The notes under the pieces are model-generated. The model had not been told where the DNA came from. It was given only the letters and a program-made list of their open reading frames with translations, and ran no database searches. This document shows positions 18,146 through 27,738 of a stretch of 64,000 nt of DNA, piece after piece. The translations under genes were made by a program, and so were the position numbers. This DNA is from a virus. Where the stretch lies: the IMG/VR virus record IMGVR_UViG_3300047408_000186, positions 7,872 to 71,871 of that record; one strand, written 5' to 3'. Position 1 is the stretch's first letter. Every line of letters begins with the position of its first letter.

Positions 18146-19513
18146 TCAAGCCGCTGCGCCGTAGCCGAAGCGCTCGCGCTGCTCGCGCATGAAGTAGAAC
18201 GCCCAGCCCTTCTTGTAGCCCTTCACCTTGGCGAACGCTCGCGCCTGCGCCTCGGTGCGCGGATGCTGTTTGAACTGCGTCATTGACACCTTGCCCCAGC
18301 GCGCTTGCGCCTGCTTGGCGGACTCCGCCTCGATCAGATCACCGGCGACCTGCTCGACCACGCGCTTGCGGCCGAGGTTGATGCCGTCCACGTTGATCTC
18401 CGCCGGCGCGCGCTTGACCTTCTCGACGCCATCGAGCGTCCAGACGCGGTCTTCTTCGGGCAGGCCGTGGCGCAGCGTGTTGCCCGCATGGTCGAGCACG
18501 ATCAGCGGCGCCCCGTCGGCCTTCGGCCGCATGCCCCTGCCAATCTGTTGCAGCGCCAGGATCAGCGAGCCGGTCGGCCGCAACAGGATCACCGCGCCGA
18601 CCGACGGCACGTCCAGCCCCTCGCTGATCAGGTCGCAGCTAGTCAGGACGTCGATCCCTTGAGGCGCGTCAAGAGGGAGGCCGAGCGCCGCGATCAGCCG
18701 GTCGCGCTCGTCCTTGGACGTGCCGCCATGCACGCAGGCGGCGCGCAGCCCGGCGTCGCGGAACGCTTGGGCGACCTGCTCGGCGTGCTCGACGGTGACG
18801 CAGAAGGCGATGGCCGTTTTGCCCGCCGCGTGCCGGCGGTAGTGCGCAATCGCATCACCGGTGACGATCTGCGCGCGCTTGGCCATTTCATCGCCGGCTG
18901 CCCAATCGCCGCCGACCTTGCGCAAGCCGGTGGTGTCGATTTGCTGCGGCGGGATGAAGACCTTGCTGCGTGCGAGATGTCCCGCATCGACAAGTTCCTG
19001 CATCGTGGGGCCGCAAATGATGGCGTCGAACAGGCCGCCGCATTGCGTGCCGAGACCAGCGCCATCGGTGCGCGACGGCGTCGCGGTAACGCCGAGCAGC
19101 TTCGCCTTGGTCTGCGACTTCAGCAGTGTGAACCACGTCTCCGCCACCGCGTGATGCGCTTCATCAATGACGATGAAATCAAACTGCGGAAGCTCGCGGT
19201 TCACCGCGCTCTGGATCGACAGAACCTGCACCGTCGCATCGTGGTCGCGGTCGAGGCCGGCCGCGATGATGCCATGCGGCACGCCGCACCAGTCGAGCTT
19301 CGCCGAGGCTTGGCGGATAAGCTCGCGGCGATGCACGAAGACGCCGACCTTGCGGCCCTTGGCCGCCGCCGAGGCGACGATGTGCGAGAAGACGACGGTC
19401 TTACCGCCGCCGGTGGCAAGCTGATAGAGCGGCGCCTTGGCGCCCGCGCCGTAGGCGGCGCGCAGCCGGTCGATGTCGGTGATCTGGTAGTCGCGTAGGA
19501 TCAGGTCGTTCAT
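18146..19513 (-). CDS. SF2 DEAD/DEAH-box helicase
   Basis: LRDYQ, ATGGGKT, DEAHH, TATP, EGLDVP, QQIGRGMR motifs. Confidence 0.93.
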   Translation of the reverse strand: MNDLILRDYQITDIDRLRAAYGAGAKAPLYQLATGGGKTVVFSHIVASAAAKGRKVGVFVHRRELIRQASAKLDWCGVPHGIIAAGLDRDHDATVQVLSIQSAVNRELPQFDFIVIDEAHHAVAETWFTLLKSQTKAKLLGVTATPSRTDGAGLGTQCGGLFDAIICGPTMQELVDAGHLARSKVFIPPQQIDTTGLRKVGGDWAAGDEMAKRAQIVTGDAIAHYRRHAAGKTAIAFCVTVEHAEQVAQAFRDAGLRAACVHGGTSKDERDRLIAALGLPLDAPQGIDVLTSCDLISEGLDVPSVGAVILLRPTGSLILALQQIGRGMRPKADGAPLIVLDHAGNTLRHGLPEEDRVWTLDGVEKVKRAPAEINVDGINLGRKRVVEQVAGDLIEAESAKQAQARWGKVSMTQFKQHPRTEAQARAFAKVKGYKKGWAFYFMREQRERFGYGAAA

Positions 19514-19531
19514 GGGTTGCTCCGGACAGAA

Positions 19532-19574
19532 TGTGTGCAGTCCGGCTCATAGCCTAAATGGCGCACTATGTCAA
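19532..19574 (-). promoter_or_regulatory. Repeated promoter/operator, copy 5 (minus strand), upstream of the helicase
   Basis: Reverse complement reads TTGACATAGTGCGCCA..TATGAG..GCACACA..GGAG..ATG. Confidence 0.75.
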
Positions 19575-19598
19575 CGGCGCGCCGGTCAGACTCACGTA

Positions 19599-20648
19599 TT
19601 AAAAATTCGACGGGACTGGAATATCAGCCAGATCGGCGGCATAGCGCTGTTCAGCCGCCGCCAAATTGGCGCGGGCGCGCGTCAGGACCGTCTCGCCTCC
19701 CGGTATACCGCCCCAGTGCTGCTCAAAGAGCAGCACCGCCGATTGAGCAGAGGCGATCTGCAACTCGGCTTCCCGTCGTCGCCTGATGGCATCTTGGATG
19801 GCTTGGGCGCGGCGTTGGGCCTCCTGCACGATGGCGGCTTCCGCTGCTATCCGACGCTGGTGTTCCCTGGCCTCGGCAGCCTGCTCCAGCCAGACCCGCC
19901 GCTGCTCAGCCTGCTGCACCTCCCGAGCCGCGCGCTCTGCCTCTTGTTCAGCCGCGCGCTCGGCGGCTCTGGCCGCCGCCCACTCCCGTCGTAGCCGCGC
20001 TACTTCGGCGACGCGCTCAGCTTCAAGACGCTCCCTCTCCTGCTCATCGAGCGCGAACTGCGCATCGAGCGCTGCCTTGTCGGGATGGAAAATCCAGGCG
20101 CGCCGCGCGGTGGTCAGCACGATGTCGCGGGGGACGCTCTGGCGATAATCCGATAGATCGACCTCGATTGATGCCAGCCGGTGTGCGGCGAAGTCAGATA
20201 TCTTCTCAGGCTCACAGCGGTGCGCCACCCAGATTTCGATCGCCAGCAACCCAGCCTCGGTCTCCGCCAAGATATCAGGCCGCCGCGCGATATCGCCCAT
20301 CCAGCGCTCGGGCTGCGCCACCGTGAAGCTGACCTTGTGTGCCCCGGACACTGGCCGGGTTCTGCCACGGTAGTTGGCGTCCAGCCTCGGCACGGTGATC
20401 CAGCCGGCTTCGATGATGGTCTGCTTGGCCCAGCGATGGGCGTCGCTCTCGGGCGTGTAGTTGCACGTCGCATCAGCCCCAGCCGCAGCGTGCCGGAAGT
20501 GCCAGCGGTAGACCGCGCCCTGCGCTGCGATCAGCGACCCGCCGCACCCCGTGCAAACACAACCGCAAGCAGCACCACCCGGCACTTCTTCGGGCGTGAC
20601 CACACGACCATCATTGCTAAGGCCGAACGGGATAAGCAAATCAGACAT
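19599..20648 (-). CDS. CoiA-like Zn-finger + PD-(D/E)XK nuclease with coiled coil
   Basis: CxCxxC..HFRH..ESDAH, RRPDI..LAIEIWVAH. Confidence 0.75.
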   Translation of the reverse strand: MSDLLIPFGLSNDGRVVTPEEVPGGAACGCVCTGCGGSLIAAQGAVYRWHFRHAAAGADATCNYTPESDAHRWAKQTIIEAGWITVPRLDANYRGRTRPVSGAHKVSFTVAQPERWMGDIARRPDILAETEAGLLAIEIWVAHRCEPEKISDFAAHRLASIEVDLSDYRQSVPRDIVLTTARRAWIFHPDKAALDAQFALDEQERERLEAERVAEVARLRREWAAARAAERAAEQEAERAAREVQQAEQRRVWLEQAAEAREHQRRIAAEAAIVQEAQRRAQAIQDAIRRRREAELQIASAQSAVLLFEQHWGGIPGGETVLTRARANLAAAEQRYAADLADIPVPSNF

Positions 20649-20658
20649 TGTTTGTGTG

Positions 20659-20792
20659 CCTACAAATAAGGGGGTCAAGGGGGTCAAGGGGGTCAGTCTT
20701 CCCGTCGCGGGAAAACTGTCAAGTTATAGAATCGAAACATGACAGTTTTTGTAGGTTGGTGGGAATGACCCCCTTGACCCCCTTGACCCCCT
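20659..20792. repeat. Inverted iteron array, probable replication origin
   Basis: 3x AAGGGGGTC (20668-20695) and 3x GACCCCCT(T) (20766-20792) flank an AT-rich core containing AAAACTGTCA/TGACAGTTTT. Confidence 0.7.
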
Positions 20793-20796
20793 CCTG

Positions 20797-23520
20797 TCAG
20801 ACCCTCGTAACCCGCCATCGCGCCGCGCCTTGGGTCGTTCCTCCATCCTTGGAAAAGCGAAGGTGGTCAGCTATCCTGTTGGAATATTTACGCAACCAAT
20901 CGCCAAACCGTCTGGAATCGATCTCATTGGTCCGTCCGGGGAAGGCTTCCAGCAAAACCTCCCGCAACCGCTCTCGCTTCTCCTTGTCCTGCAAAAACTG
21001 CACGACGGTGGGGTGATTGCTCGGCAGATCAGGGTCTGGATCGGGGACGGATGTGAGCGCGAACCGGATCGCGTAGTTCGCGGGGTGAGCGTGATCACCG
21101 AATGCGAAGTGCCACGCAGCAGTGACCGACTGCACCCGGCTCATCTCGGGGTCGCTCGCTCTGGTTGTATTCTGCGACGCCACCGGATCAGGCTGACCCA
21201 GCCAGATCAGCGGCTCCCGCACCAGCCGCGACCAGCCGGGATACGAGCCGAACGGCTTCATGTCATCGCGCCTTGAGCCGTGCGCCAGATAGGCGCGGGC
21301 GATGATCAGGATGTCGGCGATGTAGCGCCCGCGATCGGCGCGCACGGTGGCGATGGGGTCGCCGTCGAATTGCCGCTGCTCGGGGCGTTCCTCGCCGGAA
21401 TCCATGCTGCACAGCACGGTGCGCCTGACCTGTTCATCGACGATCGGCAAATTGTTGCCGGTCATGTAGATCGTCACCGAATTCTCGACCTCGACCTTAT
21501 CGAGCGTGCCGAATAATCTGATGCCGATCATCGGGCGCTCGGTGGCGATATTCAGCACCGCCAAATCCACCATGCGGTGGACATTATCGATGGAGAACCC
21601 GGCGACTCCCGACAGCAGATTGGTGTTGATCCCCTTTTCCGTTTCCTCGTCGTTTTTCCCCGCGCCCATGATCGGGCATGGGCGACCGATTGCGATCGTG
21701 CTGGCCAAATCCACAAGGTGGGATTTCCCGCTACCCGGCGCGGTGGCGCTGACCGCCAGCAATGGGCTGACCGCCATGCCGCAACGCAGAACCTGCGTCA
21801 TCAGAATGGCCAGCGCCACCGATCTGGACACGTCGCCATCGTCCACGAAGTCATAGTCGGTCAGCAGGGATTCCAGCCGCGCCAGCGCGTGGAATGCGTC
21901 CTGTATGGTGGGGGCCTCGGGAATTTCCGGCATCACCAGATCGCTCGGGAACATCAGGTAATAGCGCGAGAGGGGATCGTAGCCCGGCGTCATCAGCAGA
22001 CTGCCATCAGGCCGGATGGTCGGCGACGTCAGCACGCCGCGCACCACCGGGAACGACCACTCGCCCCGATTGGCCAGCAGGATTTCAATCACCTTGGTCG
22101 GCGGGTCGCATGCCACGAAGCGGTTCGACCGACCGTCCCATTTCTGCCAGATCGCGACGCTGGCCAGCAGCGCCATCATGGCGGCCGGCGCGATCGGCAC
22201 CAGCGCCGCGCTATGGGTCACGCTGCCATCGGCGGCGGGATATTCCTGCTCGGCCGGACGCACCAGCACCGAGCGCTGGTAGATCGGCGCGCCGGCGTTC
22301 AGCAGCGCCGCCTCGGCCTCGCGCACCATGCGTGGAAGCTCGCCGGCGGCGCAGATGATGACCGGCAGGCCATCGGGCGCCGGGCGGCCGGCCTGACGCG
22401 GTCCCTCGGGTGGTGGCGGCTCCGGCCCGATCGGGCCGATCCCCGCCTCGGTCTCAGTCTCGCCGCCGCCCTCGTCGATCTCCGCCTCCGCCTCGGCAAA
22501 GGCGATATCGCCATCAAGCTCCGGCTCGCCGCCCGCCCCACCCGCACCAGCGCCACCAGACGGCGCCACACCGGGGCTGTAGGTGCCGGGCGGCACATAC
22601 AGCGGGGCTTCCAGCGCCAGCCACTCTAGCTCGCTACGGTCGCCGCCATCGGCCAGCCAGTCGGTCACGTCGCCCTTCTCGGGCAGCCCTGGCAGGGCGA
22701 GCACCTTGACCGATGACGCGACGCCGAACAGCGCCCGCGCGACGATGGCGGCATGCGCGCGCCCTGGCGGGTCGTTGTCCGGCAGGATCACCACCGGCTT
22801 GCCGGCGAAGTAGCCGTTATAGGCGGCGCGCCAGCCGCCGCCGGTGCCGCCGATCGCGGTGGTCGCGATCAGCCCGAGTGCGGCGAGGGAGTCAGCATCT
22901 TTTTCACCCTCGCAAATCCACGTCGTCTCGCTGCCGGACGCCAATAGCTCGGGCAGCCGGTAGAGCGGGCGGGCGTCGCGCGGGATGTCCTTGAGCGACC
23001 ATTTCCAGCCACTGCGATTGGTCGGATCAGGCCGGCGTTGCAGGAAGCGCGGGCTGCCGGTCAGCGTGCGGACCACCTCCAGCACGAGGTGCCCGGCGGC
23101 ATCGAGGTAGCCGTAGCGCTTGCCGATGTTCTGCCAGGGCGGCACCTTGCCAGCATGCCCGTTGGCAGCCTTGCCCGGCGCGGTGTGACCGTTCGCCTTG
23201 GCAGCGCCGCTCGATCCACCGGTCGATCCGCCTGCCGATCCACCGACCCCTGGCGCCGTGCCGCCGCCCTTGCCGCCACCCGGCGTCCTGACCTCGGGCA
23301 GCCCGCCGAGCGCCAGCTTGTGCATCGCCAGATAGCCGCCGCCGGTGCCCGCCTCGTGGTCGCGCCAGACCAGTTCCGCGATCAGAACGCTTTTGGATTC
23401 CTTGGCGCCGAAGCGCGCCTCATTGCGGTCATGCGACCAGCCGGTCGGTTGACCCCACAGCATGATGGCGAGTTCAAGGATCGACGGCAGCGACGGATCG
23501 GGCACGAACCCGGCGGCCAT
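20797..23520 (-). CDS. Primase (TOPRIM)-helicase replication protein
   Basis: ICEGEKDAD, PDNDPPG, KGDVTDW (TOPRIM); APGSGKS P-loop, IDNV, TGNN. Confidence 0.88.
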   Translation of the reverse strand: MAAGFVPDPSLPSILELAIMLWGQPTGWSHDRNEARFGAKESKSVLIAELVWRDHEAGTGGGYLAMHKLALGGLPEVRTPGGGKGGGTAPGVGGSAGGSTGGSSGAAKANGHTAPGKAANGHAGKVPPWQNIGKRYGYLDAAGHLVLEVVRTLTGSPRFLQRRPDPTNRSGWKWSLKDIPRDARPLYRLPELLASGSETTWICEGEKDADSLAALGLIATTAIGGTGGGWRAAYNGYFAGKPVVILPDNDPPGRAHAAIVARALFGVASSVKVLALPGLPEKGDVTDWLADGGDRSELEWLALEAPLYVPPGTYSPGVAPSGGAGAGGAGGEPELDGDIAFAEAEAEIDEGGGETETEAGIGPIGPEPPPPEGPRQAGRPAPDGLPVIICAAGELPRMVREAEAALLNAGAPIYQRSVLVRPAEQEYPAADGSVTHSAALVPIAPAAMMALLASVAIWQKWDGRSNRFVACDPPTKVIEILLANRGEWSFPVVRGVLTSPTIRPDGSLLMTPGYDPLSRYYLMFPSDLVMPEIPEAPTIQDAFHALARLESLLTDYDFVDDGDVSRSVALAILMTQVLRCGMAVSPLLAVSATAPGSGKSHLVDLASTIAIGRPCPIMGAGKNDEETEKGINTNLLSGVAGFSIDNVHRMVDLAVLNIATERPMIGIRLFGTLDKVEVENSVTIYMTGNNLPIVDEQVRRTVLCSMDSGEERPEQRQFDGDPIATVRADRGRYIADILIIARAYLAHGSRRDDMKPFGSYPGWSRLVREPLIWLGQPDPVASQNTTRASDPEMSRVQSVTAAWHFAFGDHAHPANYAIRFALTSVPDPDPDLPSNHPTVVQFLQDKEKRERLREVLLEAFPGRTNEIDSRRFGDWLRKYSNRIADHLRFSKDGGTTQGAARWRVTRV

Positions 23521-23848
23521 CTAGCTGCCCTCCTGACGCCCTCCGGGTCTCGGTCGTTCATCGGCCGAGGCAATGGAAACCAACAAACAGATAGTTGATG
23601 ACGATAAAAACGACATTACGGCCACGCCTCTCTTGCAGTCAGACCGCTGGCGTGGCAGAACGGGCGTGCAAGTTGCCTTTGTTCTGCTTTCCAGCGGGCT
23701 AAAGGTTCAGACGCCTCCGACTCCCAAGGTCGGGGGCGTCTCTCGTTTAAGCGGTCAGTCTAGCGTGCCGGACCCGCCGATGACCAGCGCGTTACGCTCA
23801 TATTACGCATCGGCACCTTCCACCGATTCACCCACCACAGACTGGCTA

Positions 23849-24388
23849 TCAGCCGCCACGGGCCAGCACCGCGATCAGCACCTCATCGTCTACCCCGCCG
23901 AGCCTCCTGGCCTCCTGCAGCACCTCGACCCGTAGATCGATCTCACGTTGCAGAGCGACGCCCTGCGCTTGGTAGGCGCCGACGTGGCGACCGTAATTAC
24001 CGACGGTGATCGTGTGACGTGGATGCCATTCCGTGCGGTTGGACTCTTCATCGATTGGCTCGATCTTGCCGTCTTCCACCACCTTGCGTGGCGGCACCGC
24101 GAAGCGATAGCCAAGGTTCAATCCCTCAAATCCAGGCAATAGCGGCATGTCGCTGCCATTGAGTTCGATGCCGCGCGCTTTGCCTTTCATGATCCGTCGC
24201 GCGATCGGCGGAATGCCCTTGGCAGCCGCCCAGAGCGGATAAGCGCTGATGATGCTGATGTAGTCTGTCGCGCAGCCAGCCAGGATATCCGGCATCGCCA
24301 GATTCTTGTCGCGATGGTCGGTCAGGATGAATCGCGCCAGCATGCGCTCGACCTTCTTATCGACGGTCTCCTCGTGCCGTGCTGCCAT
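23849..24388 (-). CDS. Hypothetical protein
   Basis: 179-aa ORF directly downstream of the DUF3102-like gene. Confidence 0.7.
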   Translation of the reverse strand: MAARHEETVDKKVERMLARFILTDHRDKNLAMPDILAGCATDYISIISAYPLWAAAKGIPPIARRIMKGKARGIELNGSDMPLLPGFEGLNLGYRFAVPPRKVVEDGKIEPIDEESNRTEWHPRHTITVGNYGRHVGAYQAQGVALQREIDLRVEVLQEARRLGGVDDEVLIAVLARGG

Positions 24389-24390
24389 GC

Positions 24391-25341
24391 TTACTTCTCC
24401 CCATCATTTCGCAGGCATTTGTTCAGTGCGGTGAGCCACGCAATCGCCAGCGGCACGGTGGTGCGGAAGGCATCTCTGTGCGACTTGTTGAACTCACTGA
24501 ACATCTCGTCGGCTGGTGGCGCTTCCTGAAAATACCCCACCGCGCGGGACAGCGCCTGACGGCGGAATATCTTCTGCTCGGTAGCATGCGTTTCGGCCGG
24601 ATCGACCGGTGGATAGCCCTTGCCGTTGTAAAGAATCTCCTTGCCGATCTCCTTGGCCAGCGACTGCACCAGCAGCGGCGACAATGAACGCTTGCCAGAG
24701 AACCGCGCCAGGACGCGCTCGATGTCGGCGATATCCGGCTGGCGCTTGCCGTTGACGATCTCGTCGAGTTCCTTCAGCTTCTTGCGCAGCACCTTTTTCT
24801 CGTCGGCATCCTCGGCAATTCTGCCCTGCAACTCCTCGATCTCCTCCGCCGCTTTGGCGCGGGCCTCCTTCAGAATCGCCTTGCGTTGCTCGACCAGAGA
24901 CTGCGCCGCCTGCTCCTCCACCTCGGCGCGAACCTTCGCCACCATCTTCTCCGCCTCGGCGTGGGTGATTCGCTCACCAGCCTTGGCGCGCTCCACCGCT
25001 TCGTCAGCCAGCGCCTGCGGCACCGAGGGGGAGGCGAGCAGGCGCATTGCCCTGAAATCTATTCGTAACGGTTCCGTATTCGTATCCGATACGAGCGCCC
25101 CTTCGAAGCGTTTGCTGACGTTGATGTAAGCGTCTGCCGTGTCGCGTGACACTGCGTTGTCGAGGCACCACGCACCCCACGCGCCGCGCACCTCTTCCCT
25201 GATCGCGGCGAACTGCTTGCCGGCCTCGATCCAGTGATAGAACCCTGCTGCCATGTGCGTGCGTGCTACCCGCAGTCGCTCGGCACACCGCGCCTCCGTC
25301 TCGGGATCGAGCGCAGCCTTGATCGGAACCACTTCAGACAT
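24391..25341 (-). CDS. DUF3102-like protein
   Basis: IEAGKQFAAIREEVRGAWGAWCLDNAVSRDTADAYI pattern, then a coiled coil. Confidence 0.65.
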   Translation of the reverse strand: MSEVVPIKAALDPETEARCAERLRVARTHMAAGFYHWIEAGKQFAAIREEVRGAWGAWCLDNAVSRDTADAYINVSKRFEGALVSDTNTEPLRIDFRAMRLLASPSVPQALADEAVERAKAGERITHAEAEKMVAKVRAEVEEQAAQSLVEQRKAILKEARAKAAEEIEELQGRIAEDADEKKVLRKKLKELDEIVNGKRQPDIADIERVLARFSGKRSLSPLLVQSLAKEIGKEILYNGKGYPPVDPAETHATEQKIFRRQALSRAVGYFQEAPPADEMFSEFNKSHRDAFRTTVPLAIAWLTALNKCLRNDGEK

Positions 25342-25394
25342 ATCAGTGCCTCTCTACAAATGTTCCCAATGCCGCCCGCCGTCCGCGTAGGGGC

Positions 25395-25505
25395 TTGTCC
25401 CGCTTGGTGGGAGCGGACGTGGCGGCAATAGTTACCGACGTGACGACGATAATCACCGACGGTAATTGTGTGACGCGGATGCCATGCCTCGTTGCCTTCC
25501 ATCAC
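25395..25505 (-). pseudogene. Truncated paralogous fragment of 23849-24388
   Basis: WHPRHTITVGDYRRHVGNY versus WHPRHTITVGNYGRHVGAY. Confidence 0.6.
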
Positions 25506-25509
25506 TCAC

Positions 25510-26502
25510 CTACCTATTTGAATCCGGTGTCTCGGCCTCGGCGCCCCAGCTATCCCAGCCGGCACGGGGCGCGCGCGCGAACATTTCCAGCTTCGCGATA
25601 TTCGGGAACAGGCTCTCGATCATCGCGGCGAACGCCTCGGGCTTCTCTGAGTGCTTGCCGACCGACGCCTCGATCACCGAAGGGAATTGCGTGCCCGGTG
25701 CCGGCGCGGGCACGTCGCCCTTCACGCCGACCAGCAGCAATTCATGGGCGTTGCGGAACCAATAGCCGGTGCCGACGCGGTCCTTCACCCATGCACAGTG
25801 CGAGCGATAGGTGAAACCATAATGCGCCATCCATGCCAGTGCCTGTTCCAGCATCGGCACCGTCGCCCAGCAGAACAGCACGCAGTTTTCCGCCGGCGCG
25901 ACGCGCATCACCTCCATGTCGAGCAGATCGACCATCGGCATGGTCGGGTAATGATTGTCGGCGGCGCGATCCATGCCCTCGACCGAGTAGGGCGCAAACC
26001 GCCACGCCGGATCGGCATACAGCACGCCATACAATTGGTATCCGACATTGGCTGACGCCTGCTCGATCGCCTCGGCCAGCATCGCCTCGCGCTCGGTGCG
26101 CCGCAGTTGCTTGACGTGCGTGCGGAGTTGCGAAGTGCTGCGCGGCGGATCGGTCTCGGCGCACCATTGTAGTAGTGATATTGCATGGCTGTCTGGTAAT
26201 GGCGCAACGGCGCGGTGGTGATCGAAGGTCACTCCCTTGACTCGCGTCAAGGCAGGCCATCGTCCTGCGACGGACCCAGCCGTCCAACAAGTCGTATGGG
26301 CCGGCCCCTTCCAGTCCCCAGCAGTCACGATCTGCACGCGCTCGCCATAAGGCTCGCCGCGATTCCACCAGTCACCAATGTCCCACATCAGCGAGCGGCC
26401 GGAGCGCTCGCGTTCGCCAAGCTCCTTGCCCTCAGTTACCCAATGTTCAAGCGACGTCGGCACGGCGAACGGCACGATGTTGGCGGCCTCGCTCATTGAC
26501 AC
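25510..26502 (-). CDS. MT-A70 family adenine methyltransferase with N-terminal extension
   Basis: LYADPAW, HYPTM, LFCWAT, GTGYWFRNAHELLLVG, HSEKP, KLEMFAR..GWDSWG. Confidence 0.9.
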   Translation of the reverse strand: MSMSEAANIVPFAVPTSLEHWVTEGKELGERERSGRSLMWDIGDWWNRGEPYGERVQIVTAGDWKGPAHTTCWTAGSVAGRWPALTRVKGVTFDHHRAVAPLPDSHAISLLQWCAETDPPRSTSQLRTHVKQLRRTEREAMLAEAIEQASANVGYQLYGVLYADPAWRFAPYSVEGMDRAADNHYPTMPMVDLLDMEVMRVAPAENCVLFCWATVPMLEQALAWMAHYGFTYRSHCAWVKDRVGTGYWFRNAHELLLVGVKGDVPAPAPGTQFPSVIEASVGKHSEKPEAFAAMIESLFPNIAKLEMFARAPRAGWDSWGAEAETPDSNR

Positions 26503-26511
26503 TCTCCCGCG

Positions 26512-26844
26512 TTATTGCCGGCGACCTTTGCGGCTGGCGGTCATCACCGCCGCCGATTGCAGCCGGTCCTGTATTTCGTTCAGTCGCGCCTCGGCGCTGG
26601 CAATGCCCATGCGGGCGATCTCCAGCGCCTTGCGCGCCTCGGCCATGATGAATCCCCACGGCACCATCTGCTCGGGCGTGGGCAGCCGGTTCTTCGGCGC
26701 CGGCGCCACATTCGGATGCCGATCGCCCTTGGCGATCTCGGCGATGCGTCCGCCATTCTCGCCGAAATAGGCGGCGATATCGTGCTGCTTCTCGCCGCGC
26801 ATCAGCAAGCCCTTGACCACCGCCGCCTGTTCCACCGTGATCAT
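26512..26844 (-). CDS. HTH-like hypothetical protein
   Basis: RGEKQHDIAAYFGENGGRIAEI. Confidence 0.7.
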   Translation of the reverse strand: MITVEQAAVVKGLLMRGEKQHDIAAYFGENGGRIAEIAKGDRHPNVAPAPKNRLPTPEQMVPWGFIMAEARKALEIARMGIASAEARLNEIQDRLQSAAVMTASRKGRRQ

Positions 26845-26847
26845 CGG

Positions 26848-27318
26848 CTACACGCCGACATAGCGCGGGCGGGGGCGATCATAGATGCCCATCGCGCGGC
26901 GCTTGGCGTTGCGCTCGTTGCGAAGCTCGTTGATCCGCGCCTTGCGCTCCGGCGACGACGGCTGATTGATCGGCACCGTCTTGAACAGTTCGAAGGTGAA
27001 GGTGCGCGGCTTGGTCTTGGCGCGCGCGGCGTCCTCGCCCTCGCGTTCGCCGATCTCGTCGAAGCGCTGCACATAGCGCAGCGCCGGACGCGGCGTCACA
27101 TGGACAAAGCGCGTGTCGCCGACGGTGACGCCTGCCTGATTGGCATCGACCCGGATATAGCCGGTGCCATGCAGCCGGAAGGTCCGGTCGATGGCGCGGG
27201 CGATGACGCATTGCGCGCGATTGGCGCACTTTGCCTCGTCGATGTCGGCCTGAGTGACGGTCACCGTGATGCGCGGATTGCCTATCCTGTTTCTGTTCGG
27301 CCTGTTCATGTTCGGCAT
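26848..27318 (-). CDS. Hypothetical protein
   Basis: GGAG RBS; VTQADIDEA...CVIARAI. Confidence 0.7.
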   Translation of the reverse strand: MPNMNRPNRNRIGNPRITVTVTQADIDEAKCANRAQCVIARAIDRTFRLHGTGYIRVDANQAGVTVGDTRFVHVTPRPALRYVQRFDEIGEREGEDAARAKTKPRTFTFELFKTVPINQPSSPERKARINELRNERNAKRRAMGIYDRPRPRYVGV

Positions 27319-27348
27319 CGTGTAGCTCCCCTGTGCCGCGTTGATTTG

Positions 27349-27690
27349 TTAACGTCGTCCTGGCCGTGGCTTGATCGTCAGTCCGGTGAATCGCGGATGC
27401 GTGCCGGCGAAGATGTCGAAAGCGTGCTTCTGCCAGCCGCCGATGTTGCGCTGCTCGATGGCGCGGGCAATGAACGTCATGTCGTCGAGCCGGCGCGGCC
27501 CGCCGCTGGTGTGCGACAGCAGGATCGAGCGATTTGTATCATCCATCCGGTCGCGCCATGCGCGCAGCCGGTCCTGCCAGCCGCCTCTGGTGGTCTCGTT
27601 GGTCGAGCGCATCGCCAGTTCCTTGATCCGCCGCCACTGTCGGTGCGGCAGATAGACCACGGTGAAATCCTCGGAGTATCCCGCGCTCAT
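27349..27690 (-). CDS. Hypothetical protein with two GGWQ motifs
   Basis: GGWQDRL and GGWQKHA. Confidence 0.65.
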   Translation of the reverse strand: MSAGYSEDFTVVYLPHRQWRRIKELAMRSTNETTRGGWQDRLRAWRDRMDDTNRSILLSHTSGGPRRLDDMTFIARAIEQRNIGGWQKHAFDIFAGTHPRFTGLTIKPRPGRR

Positions 27691-27738
27691 CGGACTGCCA
27701 TGGAGATTGTCGCCACCCGCTGATCGCCGTCGTTCGAT

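Noticed and set aside
9317-19574. Repeated 16-mer considered as a CRISPR repeat or att site
   Set aside because: The copies are kilobases apart, each precedes a gene and begins with a -35 box; no cas gene or integrase recognised.
23573-23935. 120-aa plus-strand ORF
   Set aside because: Opposite to the operon, overlaps a hairpin and a real gene, and has no protein-like features.
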